DNA of 64,000 nucleotides from Azolla caroliniana (lineage: Eukaryota > Plantae > Polypodiophyta), in the NCBI GenBank assembly GCA_043228905.1, contig JBHGNT010000020.1, forward strand, positions 3,472,001-3,536,000. Direction: 5' to 3'. Positions 59,001-64,000 of the stretch are shown one piece after another (position 1 is the first letter of the stretch; every line of letters begins with the position of its first letter). The translations under genes were made by a program, and so were the position numbers. Below the pieces are notes generated by a model. It was not told the origin of the DNA, ran no database searches, and saw only the letters and a program-made list of their open reading frames with translations.

Positions 59001-61224
59001 TCAACCAAGTGGATATGTTGATGCATAATATCTATAGGTGTGTTTTCTTTTCATCAACTCCCTTCCGATCACACAAGTACAATTATTAGTGATAAACCAT
59101 TCATAGGCAAATCAATTCAGAAACAAGACTTCTTACATCATTTTCCTATTTGGATCGATGAATTAGGTTCACCGACACATTAGGATTTCCTTCCAAATTC
59201 TTTTGCAACCGATCATTTAGTAGCCTCCATCATCATTGATGTTCCTTAATTATCCTCCAATGAGTAAAATCTTGAGAACATGTGTGCTCAAATTACGTAG
59301 TGTATGTCAAAGTTAAACTTACATTTGATTCACATGTCTCTTGTACATATGTTAAGAATGATATTAATGCCCAAATGGTCCCTTGGAATCATCTTTATTA
59401 GTAGTAACTTTCAACTCCTCAATGGTCATCCTTTTAGGTTTGCCACAAAATGTGGTTAAAGACAACTTTCTCCATCCTTATTATTACCAATGTTTTTTAT
59501 ATCTTATTGTTTTGTTCTAAAGTTGCCTGGAGAACAAATTGTACATGATTTGACTCATGCATTTGTTAGTGTCCTCCAAAGGTAGATAATTGGAGGACAA
59601 TAATATCTCTCTCTCTATATGTGTGTGTGTGTGTATTGTATGTGCTGAAACATAACACAAATGTCTCTTTTACAACGTTTTGGAAAAAAAATTAAACACT
59701 TTTTTTTTATGACGCCCATCTTGTAGAGTTTTTCTTTGGACTTGAATAATATGAAAACTTATCTACTTGCGAGGTTGTAAAATCCTTAATTTTGATCATG
59801 AGCAAGCAAAAAGTCGTTTTTGTATAGGAATACTCCATAATAAAACCCCATATGCGTGGAAGGTATACATGAAAAAGACAACTTACTCTAATATTATTCC
59901 ATAACCACTTTGTTCGAGAAGAGAATAAAATAAGAGAACACATGTTATAAGAGCTAAACATTTTGGGCAAACCAAGTTATTCATTAATGTCCTAGTGAAA
60001 AACCCCAATCATTGTCAATTTTGTTCCACGTTTAATCCCAAATCCCAATAATTGCAAATGACAATGGGATAGGCCTAGTCATTTTTCAATATATTAGAGA
60101 GAGAGAGAGAGTGTGTGTGTGTGTGTGTGTGTGTGGTTACAATAACTTCTTCTAAATTCGATTTTGGTTTGCTCATTAAAATCAGCAATGGTTTGATAAT
60201 ATGGAGTTATGATAAATATTCATGTCCCTAGGGTACATTTGTGTGTCATTGCTACCAACCTACTTCGTGATGTGTAATAGAAGAATGGTTAGACTAGCAT
60301 GTCTTTATCAAATTGTTTTCTTGCATCCTGATTGCCCTATCATATAAGATATTAGGCTATCAAGCCAATGTTTTAGGTTCAAATGCACATATATTCTCAT
60401 CATCATGTTTTTTCTAGGTGTTGAACATTATCCCATCACACTACGGAAGTTGGCCATGCACAAAGTCGTTAGCTCAATTGCAAGCATAGGGATGCCTAAG
60501 GTAGGGCTAGTGACTACACTGAAGTCGTAATACAACACTCTTGGTTTCCATTGAGATTAATAGACAACCTTACTATGGGTTAAATGCACGATCACCTCTT
60601 CAACATCCTTAAACACCGTTAGCAAGGTTGAATACATGAACTTGATGGGACAAAATTGCCAATTGAGCTAAAAACAAATGTCTAGGTTTTTTTCCCCAAA
60701 AAAACACTACTTCGCATTAGTTAGCAAACCGAATACAACAAAGTTCAACTCAAATCCACAATGGGATCAGTATATACAAGACAGATGAACAACTCCAAAA
60801 CCAACAAAAAAACCACACACAGCCCTTATCCCCAACAAACTGAAAGAAATGTCTTATTTTCATTTGGGCTTAATAAAAAGAAGTAGATATGGTTTTAATT
60901 TATAGAGGAGATTTTAAAGGGGTAAGAAGAGGAGGAAATAAACAATGTGTACCACGGGCATATGCATGATGAGATATACATTGCATTACATAAAAGGTAT
61001 ATGGAGTGACATGTGAACCAAGCATTGGACTACAAAAGGTTAAAGTGTTTGAATAAAAATATATAATGTAGTAACTCTCTTTCACAATTTTCATTATTAT
61101 ATGCAGCGGTAGTCGTTGGTAAAAAAAAGTACTTGAAACTCCATATATAAAGAAAATACACCCACACCCACACACCATATACCAAAGAGGTAGGAGAGAG
61201 AGAGAGAGAGAGAGAGCAAGAAAG

Positions 61225-61476
61225 ATGAAACTATTATGTGTTAATCTCGTTAATCTTAATAACCTATTCAGTGGCACCATCATTTGTTTGTTATTGTGGA
61301 TACATTGTGCCCAACAAATTGCTCATTGTCATGCCCAATTGAGCACAAGTTTTTATGCCAAGTCATGCCCAAATGTTGAGCTCATTGTGCATAGTGTCAT
61401 AGCTACAGATGTGCTTGTCAACCCCACCATTCCAGCGGCTTTGCTTCGTCTCTTCTTCCATGATTGCCAAGTTCAG
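61225..61476 (+). CDS. Class III secretory peroxidase (resembles Arabidopsis PER29), exon 1
   Basis: Signal peptide, QLSTSFYAKSCP, AALLRLFFHDCQVQ; donor CAG/GTAA. Confidence 0.9.
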
Positions 61477-61825
61477 GTAAAAATTGTGTGCTTGCTATAG
61501 CATGTACATGTATGAAGTCATATGTGTATGTTACATTATAATGTCTATACACATTTGTAAGTGTTTGCTCTATGTGTATGTGCATAGAGAGAGAGATGAT
61601 GATGATGGTGTGCATGTTAAAGATTTTATGTGTGTTTAAACAAGAAACCGTTAAGTGCAAAAGACTAAGAGATACATTTAAAGGATCTATTCACATCCAT
61701 GAAGACATCATTTTAATGGGAGATTATGATTCATGAATGTTTCATAGTGGATCGGTGATGTTGCAGGTGAAGGAGTTTCGTGAGATTTGATAGAGTGATT
61801 CAATGAAGAGGAAGAAGAGTGTTAA

Positions 61826-61829
<4 letters not shown>

Positions 61830-61888
<59 letters not shown>
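61830..61888. repeat. (TG)n(AG)n compound microsatellite in peroxidase intron 1
   Basis: Direct inspection. Confidence 0.9.
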
Positions 61889-61894
<6 letters not shown>

Positions 61895-62987
61895 ATTCAC
61901 CATATTACCTTGCAAAATGTTTGGGTTGCATGCAACAAGATTTTAGTAACTAAGCTAGATCTATAAGGTCAGACTCACCTATATATAATTATGTGTAACC
62001 CCTAAAAATTTGGGTGCATGTCTTACTAAATAAATGGCTTATTACTAGGACATAACGTCCCGCTAATTGAGAGAGAGAGGGAGAGAGGGAACAAGCTTGT
62101 TTTTTATATACATTTAATGTCATCGCTAAAACTTTATCATAGAGTAATAGACATGAGATAAATAGAAGACATCTGAACTACATTGTCCCTTTTGAGAAAT
62201 TCATGGTGTGACAACTAAATGTATTGTACTTGAATGAAATACCTGGCGAGGTGTGTCTATAGTTAAAGAGCATACTTTGTATTCCAAAAAGGTTCATGTC
62301 TCGGAAAGAGAGCCATCGATAAAGTTTTTGTAAATATAAGAGAGCAAATGTGTTTCTATTGGGAAAGAAAAATCGTAAGTGTTATGCAAATGATGATGGA
62401 TTATCCCCCAATGTGCCCAAATTGCACTATTATAAGAGAGCAAATGTGTTTCTATTGAGAAAGAAAGATTGTGTGTTATGCAAAACGATGATGGATAATC
62501 CCCTAATGACCCCAAACTGCACATTGTTCAAAACATATTAATAAAAAATTTATTGGATTTAATGTCTAGAGCTCGTGAAGAAATTTTGGAAAGATGACAA
62601 GTGAATTTGATTGCATTACTAAATCAATGATGTCGTCAAAGAGAAACATCCAACACACGAGAGAAACTAGACGCATACACAATAAAGTGAACATGATGGT
62701 GCCATTAAAGGAAGTCAAGAAACATTTACAATGCAAGTAAAAAATATCTTGTTAACTTCTTTTGCCATGCATAAAAGCTTAATTAGATGTGTTCACATAG
62801 ATGTAAATTTAGCAAATACAAAAAGATGGTTAGCAAGAGACCAAAAATGTGCTATAGAGATAGATAGTGATAAGTGACAGATTTATACAAAAAGGTCAGG
62901 GGGAGGGGATGAGAGTAGTACATGTTCTTCGCATAAATACTCTTGCAAAATGTATCGATTTTAATTTTGAAGAAGTGAAATGTGCAG

Positions 62988-63345
62988 GGATGTGATGCAT
63001 CAATCTTGCTTGACTCGCAACAAGGAATAGTGTCAGAGAGAGAATCTCCAGCCAACTTTGGTATCAGAGGCCTTTGGTTGATTGATCACATTAAAGAGGC
63101 TCTTGAGTTGGCATGTCCAGGCACAGTGTCATGTGCGGATATTGTGGTGTTGGCTGCACGAGAGGCTGTGCAAGTTAGTGGGGGGCCTTTAATACGAGAT
63201 GTGCCATTAGGCAGGCGTGATGCAATCATCGCTAGTAACTATCAAGCCACTAAACAACTCCCACCTTCTACAAGTGGTTTCAATGAATTTTACCAAATTT
63301 TTACTTCTAAAGGAATGACCCTCGAGGAAAGTGTTGCAATACTAG
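62988..63345 (+). CDS. Class III peroxidase, exon 2; remaining exon lies beyond the window
   Basis: Acceptor GCAG/; GCDASILL...CPGTVSCADIVVLAAR...LGRRD...ESVAILG; donor AG/GTAT. Confidence 0.92.
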
Positions 63346-63563
63346 GTATCTCTCTCTCTCTCTCTCTCTTTTGGTGAAAACACATAATTATATTAATAAA
63401 TGTGTGTAAAAAACACTACTTACAATGGGTGTGACAATGGAGTATGGTCACCCACTAACTACATTACGTGGGTAGTGAAACATGTTGAATTGCCAATAGG
63501 AAAGACATCTCTCTCTCTCTTTTCGTAATTAGCTTACCCTAGTGGTAAGTCATTACACACACA

Positions 63564-63625
<62 letters not shown>

Positions 63626-64000
63626 AATTAGCTTACCCTAGTGCTAAGTCATTATGCACTCACTCACTCACACACACTCTCTCTCAAACACACAATTATA
63701 TTAATAAATGTGTGTGAAAAACACTACTTGGGTTTCACCATGGAGTATGGTCACTCACTAACTGCACGGGTTGTGGAACATGTCGGATTGCCAATAGGCA
63801 AGAATACTCTCTCTCTCTCTCTCTCTCCGTAAAGAATAATGTATTAATTATGGAAATAGACTACCAGACAAATAGAGGACCAAAAATATGACCCCAACAA
63901 GCTCATAACACCCGAAGATATATGTGGTCAATGGGCTAATAAAAAAGACGAGTATGATAGCCAACAATGTTATACAATTACAAACCCTCTTCATCTATAG

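Noticed and set aside
56000-61000. Short ORFs and a 24-bp triple repeat (about 58763-58830) in the intergenic region
   Set aside because: No recognisable domains or element termini; treated as AT-rich intergenic or decayed repeat DNA

Overview
Plant nuclear DNA, probably a fern or other non-seed plant (inferred from the retroelement types, GA microsatellites and a PLS-E PPR gene). About 1-52.7 kb is a deeply nested retrotransposon cluster. It holds the 5' part of a LINE, four Ty1/Copia elements (A, B, C, F) plus a Copia solo LTR, a tRNA-Trp-primed Ty3/Gypsy lineage with TGTCG...CGACA LTRs (one full element G, truncated copies, solo LTRs), and an Athila/Tat-like Ty3/Gypsy family with a 3' accessory ORF (D, E, remnants). 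Most boundaries resolve to the base through TSDs. The last 11 kb holds an intronless PLS-E PPR gene and the first two exons of a class III peroxidase. The top finding is that D and E have no polypurine tract and instead carry a second, antisense tRNA primer-binding site next to the 3' LTR, which suggests tRNA priming of both cDNA strands. Other notable signals are antisense tRNA-like Pol III cassettes in several Gypsy LTRs, CG-centred 4-bp target sites, a -1 frameshift signal between protease and RT, and an in-frame UAG junction between LINE ORF1 and an AUG-less ORF2. All coordinates and alignments were read by eye.
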